A stretch of DNA of 64,000 nucleotides from Vicinamibacterales bacterium (lineage in GTDB: Bacteria > Acidobacteriota > Vicinamibacteria > Vicinamibacterales > UBA2999), in NCBI GenBank assembly GCA_036507475.1, contig DATCJA010000022.1:23093-87092 (forward strand). The letters run 5' to 3'. This document shows positions 27,649 through 37,478 of the stretch, piece after piece; the stretch's first letter is position 1, and each line of letters opens with the position of its first letter. Position numbers and translations under genes: made by a program. Below the pieces are notes generated by a model. It ran no database searches. It was not told the origin of the DNA and saw nothing but the letters and a program-made list of their open reading frames with translations.

Positions 27649-28332
27649 CTACGCGTGTCGCACGGCGACCCGCTCGACGAACGTCGTCAGATGGGGCAGC
27701 CTCAGACGTGAAGCAATGTCATGTACGCGGGCATCGCGCGCCGCCGACTCCATCAGAACCACATCGCGCAGCTCCGTCAGCGGCGGGCATGGACGTCCCG
27801 ACCACGCAACGCGGTGCAGACCCTGGACGGCACCGCGCATCGAGAGCCAGTGACCGACGACGCGAAACGCAAAGTAGTACGCGACCAGGTTCGGCCCGGG
27901 GACGAGCGCGAGCGGACCCGAGATGACGAGGCCGAGCGTGTCGATGACAAGCCAGATGCGGTGGCGGTCATAGTCACGTTGCAGCGTCCGGCGAATGAGC
28001 GTCAGTACTTGATCGAACGTCAGATCCGGCGGGTGGACTGCTATCGAGGACGTCTGGCGACGAAGATTCCAGAGCAGCCGCTGTTCGGCAATGCGCTGCG
28101 CGACCCAGGAGAGGGCTCGATTCTGGAGTTGCCCAAACCAGCTCCGGGATGCCGGCGCTGCGTCACGACGATGCCGATCCTCGGCCGCGCGCAGCATGAT
28201 GCTGAAGCGCTGCCGCAGACGGCCGAGCAGACCCGTCGCAGGAATTCCCTCATCGGCCCCATCCGAGTCACCTGACGGCTCGCAATACAGCTCGTACCGA
28301 TCGCGACCGATCGGGATGACGAACACGTCCAT
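27649..28332 (-). CDS. hypothetical membrane protein
   Basis: The ORF track frame runs 27649..28452. I set the start at ATG 28332 (MDVFVIPIGRDRYELY). One hydrophobic hairpin (IWLVIDTLGLVISGPLALVPGPNLVAYYFAFRVVGHWLSMRG). Family not recognised with confidence. Confidence 0.4.
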   Translation of the reverse strand: MDVFVIPIGRDRYELYCEPSGDSDGADEGIPATGLLGRLRQRFSIMLRAAEDRHRRDAAPASRSWFGQLQNRALSWVAQRIAEQRLLWNLRRQTSSIAVHPPDLTFDQVLTLIRRTLQRDYDRHRIWLVIDTLGLVISGPLALVPGPNLVAYYFAFRVVGHWLSMRGAVQGLHRVAWSGRPCPPLTELRDVVLMESAARDARVHDIASRLRLPHLTTFVERVAVRHA

Positions 28333-28460
28333 CAGACTGACGATAGCAAATATCGAGCGCCCTCGGTACGAAACGCGCCTTCGCACGTTTACACCATTGA
28401 GCACACCATCGCACGTCGCACTGCTCGTCCCGGCGCGCCTCGAAATGCTCAAGACGATTT

Positions 28461-28519
28461 CAAAACCGTAGGGCGGGCCTTCACGGCCCGCCTGGCGCGG
28501 CGTAAAGCCGCGCCCTACG
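28461..28519 (-). terminator. tandem GC-rich hairpins followed by T-run, downstream of the small membrane-protein gene
   Basis: The minus strand reads CGTAGGGCGCGGC-TTTAC-GCCGCGCC-A-GGCGGGCC-GTGAA-GGCCCGCCCTACGG-TTTTG. Two 8-bp stems are enclosed by an outer CGTAGG/CCTACG pairing. Confidence 0.5.
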
Positions 28520-28536
28520 TGAGTTTGAAACCATCT

Positions 28537-28686
28537 CTAAACAATCGTCCGTCTGCCGCTGATCAAGTTCACGAGAAACAGCACGACGGCAATCACCAGC
28601 AGCGCGTGAATGATGCCGCCGGCCACGTCGAACGCGAAGCCGAGCAGCCAGAAAATCAACAGCAGGACGATGAGCGTCCACAACAT
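28537..28686 (-). CDS. lmo0937-family small membrane protein (49 aa)
   Basis: Not in the ORF track (below the length cut-off). Manual translation: MLWTLIVLLLIFWLLGFAFDVAGGIIHALLVIAVVLFLVNLISGRRTIV*. Strong SD (GAGGAGG) 7 nt upstream. Confidence 0.7.
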   Translation of the reverse strand: MLWTLIVLLLIFWLLGFAFDVAGGIIHALLVIAVVLFLVNLISGRRTIV

Positions 28687-28762
28687 GAAATTGCCTCCTC
28701 AGGCGGCGCCTCATGCGTTCACCCACGGACGTTGAGCCGCAATTGGAGTGCCAGATGTGGCG

Positions 28763-30484
28763 TTATGGGACGCGGCGGATACGGTCCAGTGAGCCTGCGG
28801 CTACAGGCGAGTGCCGCGAGAAGTAGTCGGCGACCACATCGACGTCGACCCCGACCGTAACCGGCTCGGTTCCCCGGCTGAGCCCGCCGAGATCGTCTCC
28901 CCCGGTCCACAGGAAACTGTTCGTGGCGACCCGATAGCGTCGGGCCGGGTCCAGCGGCGCGCCGTTGATACGCACCGACGATCGGTCGATGCGCTGGCCA
29001 CGGGGACGCCCCGTGTCGTACGCGTAGATGAAGCCCTTTGACACCTGCATGATGCGGGTTCGCTCAGAGCCGAACTGCTGCTCCAGCACCTCGACCAGCG
29101 CGTCACCGGTTAGAGATTTCACGATGACTTCGTTGCCGAATGGCAGGACGGAGAACAAGTGCGCGTACGTGACGGGCGACGGCCCCATGGAGTCGCCAGC
29201 GACGACATCGGCGCGGATGCTGCCTGGGTTTGTGAATGCCAGCTCTGCACCACCACCGGGCGTTTGCCCCGCCTCGAGGAACGCATCGGCCACAACGTTG
29301 CCCAACGGAAATTCGCCGGCATCGCTGGCCCCTCGCAGCAGGCTCGACACGATCGTTCCGACGACACGATTGCCGACCTTTTCCGCGAGCGGACGGTAGC
29401 GTGCAATGAGCGCCGACTGGCGGGAGTCCTTGTCAACGTCGCGCGTCACGACGACATTGCGCGCCCCCTTGGCAACCACTTCCCCGTCGGATCGCCGGAG
29501 ACGGAGGTCGATGTCGGTAATCAGCCGGCCGGTGGATGCTGCGCTCGTCACGAGCTTGCCGTCGATCGTGCAGTTGTAAGCCTGGTGGGAATGGCCGGAT
29601 ACCACAACGTCGATGTCGTCGGACATGCGGCTCATCAGCTCGACCTGGTCCCGCGACATACTGTCGCATCCGTTGATGTCGCTGCCACGCTGGTCGCCCC
29701 CCTGGTGCATCAACACGACGATGGCGCGGACCCCTTGCTCGCGCAGGACGCGCGCCGCATCGTTTGCAGCCTCGGCTTCGGGACCGAACGTGAGTCCGCG
29801 AATGCTCGCGGGAATGATGACGGTCGGGGCTGCCTGCAATATGAGTCCAATAAAGCCGATGCGAACGCCGTTGACCTCGCGAATTGCGTACGCGGGGAGC
29901 AGCGGCCTCGGCTCGGTGCCCCGTACGTCCGCCAATTTCAGAAACTGTGGGTCGGCCTTCTGCGGGTCGAGCGTGACATTGGCCGCCAGATAGGAAAACG
30001 ACGCTCCGGAAAAAGGCGTACCGTCCTGGCAGCCATCCACCGGATGACAGCCACCCTTCTGAATGCGGTACAGCTCCCACCATCCTTCATCGAGCTCGTG
30101 GTTGCCGAGCGCCGACACCTGCAAACCGGCCAGGTTCAACGCCTCGACTGACGCCTCGTCATGAAAGAGGCTCGACAGGAGCGGGGTGCCACCGATGTTG
30201 TCGCCTGCCGACACGATGACAGTGTTGGGATTGGCCGCTTTCAGTCGCGCAAGATGTGCCCCGAGGTACTCGATACCACCTGCATCTGCGGAGGCAATTC
30301 GCCCGACGCCGCCCGATGCGGGCTCGAGCGCGCCATGGAAATCGTTGATGGCGAGCAGCTGCACATCGACGGTCGCCTCCGGCGCCTGCGCGAGTTGTAC
30401 GGCGGTCGCGGTCACGATCGCCACAGCACAGGCCACGACACACCGTATCCAACGCGTCACGATCGAGAATGATAGCTGAAACAT
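28763..30484 (-). CDS. bifunctional metallophosphatase/5'-nucleotidase (UshA-like), secreted
   Basis: The ORF track frame runs 28763..30667. I set the start at ATG 30484 (MFQLSFSIVTRWIRCVVACAVAIVTATAVQLAQA). Motifs INDFHG, GDNIGG, GNHELD, then a C-terminal 5'-nucleotidase domain. Confidence 0.8.
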   Translation of the reverse strand: MFQLSFSIVTRWIRCVVACAVAIVTATAVQLAQAPEATVDVQLLAINDFHGALEPASGGVGRIASADAGGIEYLGAHLARLKAANPNTVIVSAGDNIGGTPLLSSLFHDEASVEALNLAGLQVSALGNHELDEGWWELYRIQKGGCHPVDGCQDGTPFSGASFSYLAANVTLDPQKADPQFLKLADVRGTEPRPLLPAYAIREVNGVRIGFIGLILQAAPTVIIPASIRGLTFGPEAEAANDAARVLREQGVRAIVVLMHQGGDQRGSDINGCDSMSRDQVELMSRMSDDIDVVVSGHSHQAYNCTIDGKLVTSAASTGRLITDIDLRLRRSDGEVVAKGARNVVVTRDVDKDSRQSALIARYRPLAEKVGNRVVGTIVSSLLRGASDAGEFPLGNVVADAFLEAGQTPGGGAELAFTNPGSIRADVVAGDSMGPSPVTYAHLFSVLPFGNEVIVKSLTGDALVEVLEQQFGSERTRIMQVSKGFIYAYDTGRPRGQRIDRSSVRINGAPLDPARRYRVATNSFLWTGGDDLGGLSRGTEPVTVGVDVDVVADYFSRHSPVAAGSLDRIRRVP

Positions 30485-31394
30485 GCTTCGCATAGGCGCG
30501 CACATGTCGATCGCGGGCGGCGTTTCCCGGGCGGTCGATCGTGCACTCGTCCATGGATGCGAAGCGCTCCAGATCTTCGCAAAGAACGCCAACCAGTGGC
30601 GCGGCAAGCCGCTCGATCCTGCCGACGTCAGGACGTTCCGCTTGCGCATCGAACAGACGGGCATCACGCCGGTCGTGTCGCACGCCAGTTACCTCATTAA
30701 CCTGGCCACGACGTTCTCCATGCTCCGCGAGCAATCCATCGTCGCGTTCGTCGACGAACTCGATCGCGCCGACGCGCTCGGGCTTCTTGGCGTGGTCATT
30801 CATCCAGGCACGTGCACGGCGGGCTCTGAGGAGGACGCGCTTCGTCTGGTTGCCGACGCGATCCGGCGAGCATTCGAGGCGCGGCCGCGGCGCAGGACCA
30901 TGGTGATTCTCGAGCACACAGCCGGTCAGGGACGAACGCTCGGCTACCGGTTCGAGCACCTCGCGTCGATAATCCGGCACCTCCGCGGATCGGCGCGTAT
31001 AGGGGTCTGCCTCGACACCTGTCACCTCGTCGCGTCTGGTTACGACATACGAAACGAGCAGGGTTACCGGGACACGTTCGAGGCGTTCGACCGTATCGTG
31101 GGCGTCAAGCGATTGAAAGTGTTCCACGCGAACGACTCCAAGAAGCCGTGCGGGAGTCGCGTCGACCGTCATGAGCACATCGGGTGCGGATGTCTCGGAG
31201 AGGAGCCATTCCGCCGCCTTCTTCACGACCGTCGCTTCGCCGGTCTGCCGATGCTGATCGAGACGGAGAAGTCGAGAAACTACGAGAAGCGCGGTACCAT
31301 CGAGGCTGACCCGCTTGACATGCAGAATCTGGACACGCTCAGACGGCTGCGCGGCGGCAACACCCCTAGTCCTCTGTCCGTCCGCCGTCCCTGA
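30483..31394 (+). CDS. nfo: deoxyribonuclease IV (endonuclease IV)
   Basis: 303-aa ORF. MLRIGAHMSIAGG...VSHASYLINLA...VIHPG...LEHTAGQG is the typical Nfo TIM-barrel pattern. Confidence 0.9.
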   Translation: MLRIGAHMSIAGGVSRAVDRALVHGCEALQIFAKNANQWRGKPLDPADVRTFRLRIEQTGITPVVSHASYLINLATTFSMLREQSIVAFVDELDRADALGLLGVVIHPGTCTAGSEEDALRLVADAIRRAFEARPRRRTMVILEHTAGQGRTLGYRFEHLASIIRHLRGSARIGVCLDTCHLVASGYDIRNEQGYRDTFEAFDRIVGVKRLKVFHANDSKKPCGSRVDRHEHIGCGCLGEEPFRRLLHDRRFAGLPMLIETEKSRNYEKRGTIEADPLDMQNLDTLRRLRGGNTPSPLSVRRP

Positions 31395-32301
31395 CAACCG
31401 TCGAGGCTTCGAAGCGCGCTGGAGTCTGCCCGGCGAAGCGCATGTCCCCGACCGTCACGCGCGTGCCGCCGGAGGTTGGCGTCAACGTCCAGAACGGAAA
31501 CCGTGACCAGATCAGAAATCCACGGATACCTGGCGCTTCACGCGCGCGTGACACGCGCGGATCGGCGTCATTTTTCGGGACCGTCGCCCGGTCGAACGTG
31601 ACGCGTGGCGGCAACCATTGGAACGTGCCTCTCTCGTAATGCGGCCCCGCGTCGACGACGACATCCCGGCTGAACGGCGTGACGGGCATGGGACCGACCA
31701 TCACGGCATCTGGATTGCGCCCGTGCTCATTCCGCCAGGCGTCCACGACGATGTCTCGTGCTGCGCGCGCCGCAACAACCATGGCGACAATGTACATCGC
31801 AGCCACGACGAGCGCCCGCCGCGCCGGCGCAACGGCCAGGCGCCTGCGCGCGATCCAGACGCCGACACCAAGCGTGAGCCACAGCCACGGGTCGATGATG
31901 AAGAGCGTATCGCCGTAGAACCAGCGCCAGTTGAACGGCGCCAGGATCCGCAAACCGTAGGGGTTGAGGAGGTCGAGCAGTACGTGCGACAACACGCCAA
32001 CATACGACAACAGCAGCAGCCGTCCCGCGCGCACCGGCAGGCCGTTACCGCGAGCCGGGTACGCCCGTGCAATCAGGAGCGCTGCGGCGGTCAACGCGAT
32101 AGGCAGCAGAGCTTGAGCGACTGGGCCATGCGTCCAGCCGCGACGGAACGCGAGCGAAGGAGTGAATGTCGCGAAAACCAGGACATCCATGTCGGGAAGA
32201 TTGGCCGCAATCATCAGCGTCGCGTTGCCGAAACGTGTCCGCTTCTTGAGGCCCGCCTCACCAAGTGCGGCACCGACGAGCGTATGACAAAGGTTATCCA
32301 T
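31366..32301 (-). CDS. membrane-bound metal-dependent hydrolase (YdjM/DUF457 family)
   Basis: 311-aa ORF. MDNLCHTLVGAALGEAGLKKRT...NLPDMD...SHVLLDLLNPYG, with multiple TM segments. Confidence 0.7.
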   Translation of the reverse strand: MDNLCHTLVGAALGEAGLKKRTRFGNATLMIAANLPDMDVLVFATFTPSLAFRRGWTHGPVAQALLPIALTAAALLIARAYPARGNGLPVRAGRLLLLSYVGVLSHVLLDLLNPYGLRILAPFNWRWFYGDTLFIIDPWLWLTLGVGVWIARRRLAVAPARRALVVAAMYIVAMVVAARAARDIVVDAWRNEHGRNPDAVMVGPMPVTPFSRDVVVDAGPHYERGTFQWLPPRVTFDRATVPKNDADPRVSRAREAPGIRGFLIWSRFPFWTLTPTSGGTRVTVGDMRFAGQTPARFEASTVVRDGGRTED

Positions 32302-32331
32302 CGCGGTGTTCCATTATCATCGGGTATCCAC

Positions 32332-33249
32332 ATGGCACGACGGGTGACACACATGGGTCTGTTCAAAACAGTCGGGCACGCGACGGTCATAGCAGCCGCT
32401 GCGGTTGTTTGCAGCGCGTGCGGTCTTTTCGACAAAGACGAATCGCCAACCGCGCCGTCGGCGCCGGGCGCTCCAGCCGCGACTGCCCCTGTCCGGTACG
32501 CCGCCATCGGCGCTAGCGACGCCGTTGGCGTTGGCGGGAGTGCGGTGTGCGTCCCATTCGCGCCGTGTGAGGCGGGCACCGGCTATGTGCCCGTGCTCGC
32601 GCGACGGATCGGTGCATCTCGCGAGGTAACCCTCACGAACCTGGGCATTCCGGGTTCCGTGCTCAGCCCGACCATCCATCAGATCGCGCAGGCGCACGGG
32701 CGCGACGTCCCGGCGAATTTCATCGATCGCGAAATGCCGTTCGTGCCGTCCAATGCAACGCTCGTGACAATCTTTGGAGGGGGCAACGACACGAATGCCC
32801 TTGGTGACGCCGTCGAACGGGGAGCCGGGGGCAACGACGTGCGCGGATACATCGCGACGCAGGTTCGCGCCTTTGGCGCCGACTATGATCGGCTGGTTCG
32901 CGGGGTCCGCTCTCGCGCCCCCGACGCATTCGTCATCGTCCTCAACGTCCCCAACATGGCGGGATTGCCCTATGCGGCGGGCTACTCACAATCACGCAGG
33001 CAGGTGCTTCAGGCGATTTCGCTCGGCTTCGCCCAGGAGGCGAACCGCCAGGCGAGCGCCGGCGTCGTCGTGCTCGACCTCCTGTGCGACTCGCAGGTGT
33101 ACGATCGCGCGCGCTTTTCGTCGGACGGGTTCCATCCGAACGACGCCGGCTACGCGCACCTGGCCGAGCGGCTGCTGGCCGTGGTGAATGGCGCAACGCC
33201 GCAGGTTGCCGCGTCCTGCGGCCAGATGACTCTGGTGCCCGGACTGTAG
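32332..33249 (+). CDS. SGNH/GDSL-type hydrolase, probable lipoprotein
   Basis: The ORF track frame runs 31618..33249. I set the start at ATG 32332 (or 32353, MGLFKTVGHATVIAAAAVVCSAC). Block I IGASDAVG, block III GGNDT, block V DGFHPND. Confidence 0.7.
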   Translation: MARRVTHMGLFKTVGHATVIAAAAVVCSACGLFDKDESPTAPSAPGAPAATAPVRYAAIGASDAVGVGGSAVCVPFAPCEAGTGYVPVLARRIGASREVTLTNLGIPGSVLSPTIHQIAQAHGRDVPANFIDREMPFVPSNATLVTIFGGGNDTNALGDAVERGAGGNDVRGYIATQVRAFGADYDRLVRGVRSRAPDAFVIVLNVPNMAGLPYAAGYSQSRRQVLQAISLGFAQEANRQASAGVVVLDLLCDSQVYDRARFSSDGFHPNDAGYAHLAERLLAVVNGATPQVAASCGQMTLVPGL

Positions 33250-33252
33250 ATC

Positions 33253-33801
33253 TCAGGCCTGACTGAATTCGCTGAAGACCTGGGCCTCGAAGACGAACAG
33301 GCGCGCGCCACGGAGCCATGCATCCGGCGCCAGCGCCGCTTTCCTGCACGTGTGCGACGCGAACGTTTCGCGATCCCAGCCCTGCTCGGCCGCGACCTGC
33401 GGGAGCAACAGGCCGCGTCGATGGCCCTGCTCCACAATCAGGCCGTGACGCCCCAGCTCGATTTCCGTGATCGACCGCACCTCGCGCTCCGGGGTGAGGA
33501 CCGAGATCTCGATGTCGATCTCGTGCAGTTCAACGGCTGCGACCGGTTCGAAACGAGGATCGGAATCCGCCACCGACCCGGCAAGATGCAGGATTGTTTC
33601 TGCGAGCGGCGCACTGGTCTCAATGCGTCCGAGACACCCGCGAAGCTCGCCGTGGTAATGAATCGTGACAAATGCCCCGCGCGGCAGCCCCAGCGCGCCG
33701 CCGCGCGCCGCCGCAGGCGGTGGGGGCTCTCGTCGAACACGCGCCTCGAGTGCCCGACGTGCAAGCATCAGTAGATGCTGCTGATCCTCCAGGCCGATCA
33801 T
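33253..33801 (-). CDS. amrA: AMMECR1 domain protein (AmmeMemoRadiSam system protein A)
   Basis: 182-aa ORF. RGAFVTIHYHGELRGCLG...GLLLPQV are AMMECR1 hallmarks. Confidence 0.85.
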   Translation of the reverse strand: MIGLEDQQHLLMLARRALEARVRREPPPPAAARGGALGLPRGAFVTIHYHGELRGCLGRIETSAPLAETILHLAGSVADSDPRFEPVAAVELHEIDIEISVLTPEREVRSITEIELGRHGLIVEQGHRRGLLLPQVAAEQGWDRETFASHTCRKAALAPDAWLRGARLFVFEAQVFSEFSQA

Positions 33802-33838
33802 GTCAACTCGCAGGTCTGACTCGGAATCCCATCATTCA

Positions 33839-34666
33839 TCACCAGATCGCGGCCGCCATGTAACCAACGACGGCGGACTTGTCGCCCGAAACGTCTCCTG
33901 AGTCCGCGTAGCAGAGCACGCGCGACTGCGTGCACCCGAGCTGCGCGGCGGCATGCAGGACCGATACCATCGGGCCGCCGCCGCATGCGTGTCGCGGCTC
34001 GCGTTCGAGCGCATCCATCAGCGCTTCAGCGTTGAGTTTCTCGACGCATCCGAGCACGACGCTGTCCAGCTTCGACGCCGTGTCGGCGTCTTCATAGTGC
34101 GATAAGTCGCTGCTGGCGACGAGCAACACCTCGCCATCGCTGTGCGCTTTGACGGCGCCAGCGAGCGCATCGCCGAATCCCATCGCGGTCGCACGGTCCT
34201 GGTACCCCATGACAAGCGGAACGATTGGCACGCGCGGCAAGACCCGAGCGATGAACGGCAACTGCATTTCCAGCGAATGCTCGCGGCCGTGTGCGGCTGG
34301 ATGCTCCGTGACATCCCTCGACCGGGCAACGATGCCGAGAGCGAGTTCTTGGGCAACCTGCACATTTCCAAACGGGCTCTCCCATGCACCGCGGGGCCAA
34401 ATCGACACGCCGCGAAAGCTTACGTAATGCGAGGGGCCGACGAGCACGGCTGCTGAGTATCGACATCCGCGTACCAGCGCGTACGCGTACGCCGCGACCG
34501 GCCCCGAGTACACGAGGCCGGCGTGGGGCGCAATGAGCGCGCGCGGACAGGGACGACCGGGTGCAGGCGCAACCGCGGCGAGGTGCGCATCGACAGCGGC
34601 CTCGAGCTGCGCCTCGCTGCCCGGATACCAGCTGCCTGATACAGCCGCGGGCCTCACGTCGCGCAT
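33839..34666 (-). CDS. amrB: MEMO1-family protein (AmmeMemoRadiSam system protein B)
   Basis: The ORF track frame runs 33839..34807. I set the start at ATG 34666 (MRDVRPAAVSGSWYPGS). Motifs APHAGLVYSG, GPSH, EHSLEMQLPF, SSDLSHY. Confidence 0.85.
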   Translation of the reverse strand: MRDVRPAAVSGSWYPGSEAQLEAAVDAHLAAVAPAPGRPCPRALIAPHAGLVYSGPVAAYAYALVRGCRYSAAVLVGPSHYVSFRGVSIWPRGAWESPFGNVQVAQELALGIVARSRDVTEHPAAHGREHSLEMQLPFIARVLPRVPIVPLVMGYQDRATAMGFGDALAGAVKAHSDGEVLLVASSDLSHYEDADTASKLDSVVLGCVEKLNAEALMDALEREPRHACGGGPMVSVLHAAAQLGCTQSRVLCYADSGDVSGDKSAVVGYMAAAIW

Positions 34667-34837
34667 GGCGTCACCTGGACCGCGATACGGCCCTTCATGA
34701 GAATTCTGTACCCGCTCATCACGAGCGGTCCAGGGGCGCGCGGAGCGCGCCAAGCGATACTGCCGACCGGTCATGAGCCCTGAGGGGACCGCACGGGCAG
34801 TGCCCACGACCGGCTAGCGATGATAGCATCGCCAATC

Positions 34838-35137
34838 ATGTCTTCGGGCCTTACTGTCGCCGACGTCGAGCGGATTGCCGCGCTTGCACACCTCGAGCTC
34901 ACCGAAGAAGAGAAAGCGCTCTTCACGCGACAGCTCGCCGACATCCTCGCGTACGCCCAGCAGGTCCAGGCCATCGACACGAGCGGTGTTCCAGCCACGG
35001 CGCACGTCCACGTCGACGAGCGCTCCGAACGCGAGGATGAACTCCGACCCTCGCTCCCGCTCGAGGACGTGCTCGCCAACGCGCCTGATGCGTCGGCGGA
35101 GGCTGGCCTGTTCCGTGTCCCGCGCGTCATTGGCTGA
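34838..35137 (+). CDS. gatC: Asp-tRNA(Asn)/Glu-tRNA(Gln) amidotransferase subunit C
   Basis: The ORF track frame starts at 34820. ATG 34838 gives [51 protein letters not shown]. Confidence 0.85.
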   Translation: MSSGLTVADVERIAALAHLELTEEEKALFTRQLADILAYAQQVQAIDTSGVPATAHVHVDERSEREDELRPSLPLEDVLANAPDASAEAGLFRVPRVIG

Positions 35138-35138
35138 G

Positions 35139-36617
35139 ATGCTGGAATCGAGCGCCCGTGCCATCCGCGACGAAGTCGCCGCCGGCCGCGTGTCCGCCGT
35201 CGACGTGTGCCGCACGTTTCTCGGGCGGCTCGACACCGTCAATGGAGCGCTGAACGCGTTCAATCTGATCGCGGCGGATCGCGCGTTGGCGCGAGCCGCG
35301 GAGCTCGATCGGCGCCGCGCAGCAGGTGAAGCACCGGGACCGCTGGCAGGAGTGCCGATCGCGATCAAGGACAACCTGTGCGTGCGCGGCATGCCGACCA
35401 CCGCCTCGTCGCGCATCCTCGAACGATTCGTGCCTCCCTACGACGCGACGGTCGTGCGGCGCCTCGAGAAGGCGGGAGCGATCATCGTCGGCAAGACGAA
35501 CTGTGACGAGTTCGGGATGGGCTCGTCGAACGAGAACTCCGCGTTCGGCCCGGTCCGTAATCCGTGGGCGACGGATCGCACGCCCGGCGGCTCGAGCGGC
35601 GGCTCGGCGGCGGCCGTCGCGGCCAGGTGCGTGCCGCTCGCCCTTGGGTCGGACACCGGTGGGTCCATCCGGCAGCCCGCCGCCTTCTGCGGCGTAGTGG
35701 GCCTGAAGCCAACGTATGGCCGCGTGTCCCGATACGGCCTTCTCGCCTTTGCCTCGTCACTCGATCAGATTGGGCCGATCGCCCGCACAGCAGCGGACGC
35801 CGCCCTGGCGCTCACGGTGCTCGCAGGCGCCGACTCGGCGGATGCGACGTCGTCGCGTCGGGCGGTTCCTGATTTCACAGCCGCCCTGACCGGCGATGTC
35901 GGAGGCGTCCGCATTGGAGTCCCCCGCACGTTTCTCGCCGCCGGCGTCGACGAAGGCGTCCGTGGCGCATTCGAAGCGGCGCTCGACACAATGCGGAATG
36001 CCGGGGCAACGCTCGTCGATATCGGTCTGCCGCATGCGAAGTACGCAATCCCCGTGTATTACTTGGTGGCGACGGCTGAGGCCAGTTCGAACTTGGCACG
36101 GTACGACGGAGTCAGGTATGGCCATCGTTCATCCCACGACAAGGAACAGGGACTCAAAGCGATGTACTCCCGCACGCGCGACGAAGGCTTTGGTGCCGAG
36201 GTCAAACGTCGCATCATGCTGGGCACGTACGTGCTGAGCGCGGGTTATTACGACGCGTTTTACCTGAAGGCGCAGCAGGTGCGGACGCTATTGCGGAATG
36301 ATTACCAAAAGGCCTTTGAAAAGGTCGACGTCGTGGCGATGCCCACCAGTCCCATACCACCATTTCGCCTGGGCGAAAAAACGGACGACCCGCTCCAGAT
36401 GTATCTGGCCGACGTGTTCACCGTGAGCGCGCCCCTCGCGGGACTGCCGGCGATCAGCACCCCGTGCGGCTTCGTCGAACGATCCGAACGCTCCGAACGT
36501 CTTCCAGTCGGGCTTCAGCTCACCGGTCGGATGTTCGACGAATCAATGCTGCTGCGTGTGGCTGACGCGTTCGAGCGGACGACGGACTGGCACACGCAGA
36601 CTCCGCCACCTATTTGA
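35139..36617 (+). CDS. gatA: Asp-tRNA(Asn)/Glu-tRNA(Gln) amidotransferase subunit A
   Basis: The ORF track frame runs 34875..36617. I set the start at ATG 35139, 1 nt after the gatC stop. Amidase signature [13 protein letters not shown]...[12 protein letters not shown]. Contains a repeat-derived VERSERSER insert near the C-terminus. Confidence 0.95.
   Translation: MLESSARAIRDEVAAGRVSAVDVCRTFLGRLDTVNGALNAFNLIAADRALARAAELDRRRAAGEAPGPLAGVPIAIKDNLCVRGMPTTASSRILERFVPPYDATVVRRLEKAGAIIVGKTNCDEFGMGSSNENSAFGPVRNPWATDRTPGGSSGGSAAAVAARCVPLALGSDTGGSIRQPAAFCGVVGLKPTYGRVSRYGLLAFASSLDQIGPIARTAADAALALTVLAGADSADATSSRRAVPDFTAALTGDVGGVRIGVPRTFLAAGVDEGVRGAFEAALDTMRNAGATLVDIGLPHAKYAIPVYYLVATAEASSNLARYDGVRYGHRSSHDKEQGLKAMYSRTRDEGFGAEVKRRIMLGTYVLSAGYYDAFYLKAQQVRTLLRNDYQKAFEKVDVVAMPTSPIPPFRLGEKTDDPLQMYLADVFTVSAPLAGLPAISTPCGFVERSERSERLPVGLQLTGRMFDESMLLRVADAFERTTDWHTQTPPPI
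36475..36501. repeat. H-family-like 9-nt periodic repeat inside gatA
   Basis: TCGAACGATCCGAACGCTCCGAACGTC, translated ERSERSER. Confidence 0.6.
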
Positions 36618-37461
36618 AGATCGCTCTGAGCGCGTCGAACTGAGCGGGGTCCGTCTCGTCGACGCTCATCGGCGTGACTGACACAAAGCCGCTTTCCACG
36701 GCCCAGAAATCAGTTCCTTCGGGCTGCGGTGCACTCTTTCGCTCGTTGTACACATTCCAGTAGATCGTGCGGCCCGACGGATGCTTCATTTCGGCGAAGC
36801 TTTCCGTTCCCGTGCGCACCTCACCCTGACGCGTGATCATGTAGCCCTTATAGCCGCCTGCCGGCACACCCGGAATGTTTACGTTGAGGAACGTGTGTGG
36901 CGGCAGCCCGTACTGCTTGACTCGACGGGCCACCCACACGACCTCCTCGGCCGCAAAGACGAGGTCACGGGGAAAGGCCGCCCCCGACATCGACGCCGCG
37001 ATCGCCGGAATACCGTGCGCGGCAGCTTCGCGCGCCGCGCCCACGGTGCCCGCGACGTGGGTCGACAGACCGAGGTTGTACTCGGTGTTGACACCCGACA
37101 CGACAAGGTCGGGCCGCGGCATGACGATGTTTCTAATCGCGATATTGACCGTGCTGGCCGGCGTAGCCGTGAGGCCGATCGCCGGAAGCCCATTGGGCAA
37201 CGTCAGATCCTGGCGAAACACCGGCTCGGTCGTGATGATCGAGTGCCCCTTCCCGGTCTGATTGTCGGCGGGCGCCACGATGATCGGCGTGCCGATTACC
37301 TGAAGCGCCTGCGCGACAGCGGCGATACCGGGCGCCCGCACGCCGTCGTCGTTGGTGACGAGGATGCGGTACGGCGGCGGTTGACGGAACTGCTGTGCAT
37401 CGATAGGTGCCAGCAGGCAGACTGCGACCAGCAGAACGAGGAGCGTGCGGCACGTGTGCAT
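36610..37461 (-). CDS. surE: 5'/3'-nucleotidase SurE with N-terminal signal peptide
   Basis: 283-aa [26 protein letters not shown] precedes the SurE core [14 protein letters not shown]...[10 protein letters not shown]. Confidence 0.8.
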   Translation of the reverse strand: MHTCRTLLVLLVAVCLLAPIDAQQFRQPPPYRILVTNDDGVRAPGIAAVAQALQVIGTPIIVAPADNQTGKGHSIITTEPVFRQDLTLPNGLPAIGLTATPASTVNIAIRNIVMPRPDLVVSGVNTEYNLGLSTHVAGTVGAAREAAAHGIPAIAASMSGAAFPRDLVFAAEEVVWVARRVKQYGLPPHTFLNVNIPGVPAGGYKGYMITRQGEVRTGTESFAEMKHPSGRTIYWNVYNERKSAPQPEGTDFWAVESGFVSVTPMSVDETDPAQFDALRAIFK

Positions 37462-37478
37462 GCCGCGAGATTATCAGA

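Noticed and set aside
28519-28860. 113-aa plus-strand ORF
   Set aside because: The opposite strand encodes a 49-aa lmo0937-family membrane protein with a strong SD and a downstream terminator. The plus-strand translation is Gln/His/Glu-rich with no features.
30159-31397. 412-aa minus-strand ORF across nfo
   Set aside because: It is antisense to the well-supported nfo gene and out of frame with the 5'-nucleotidase gene. No protein-like features.
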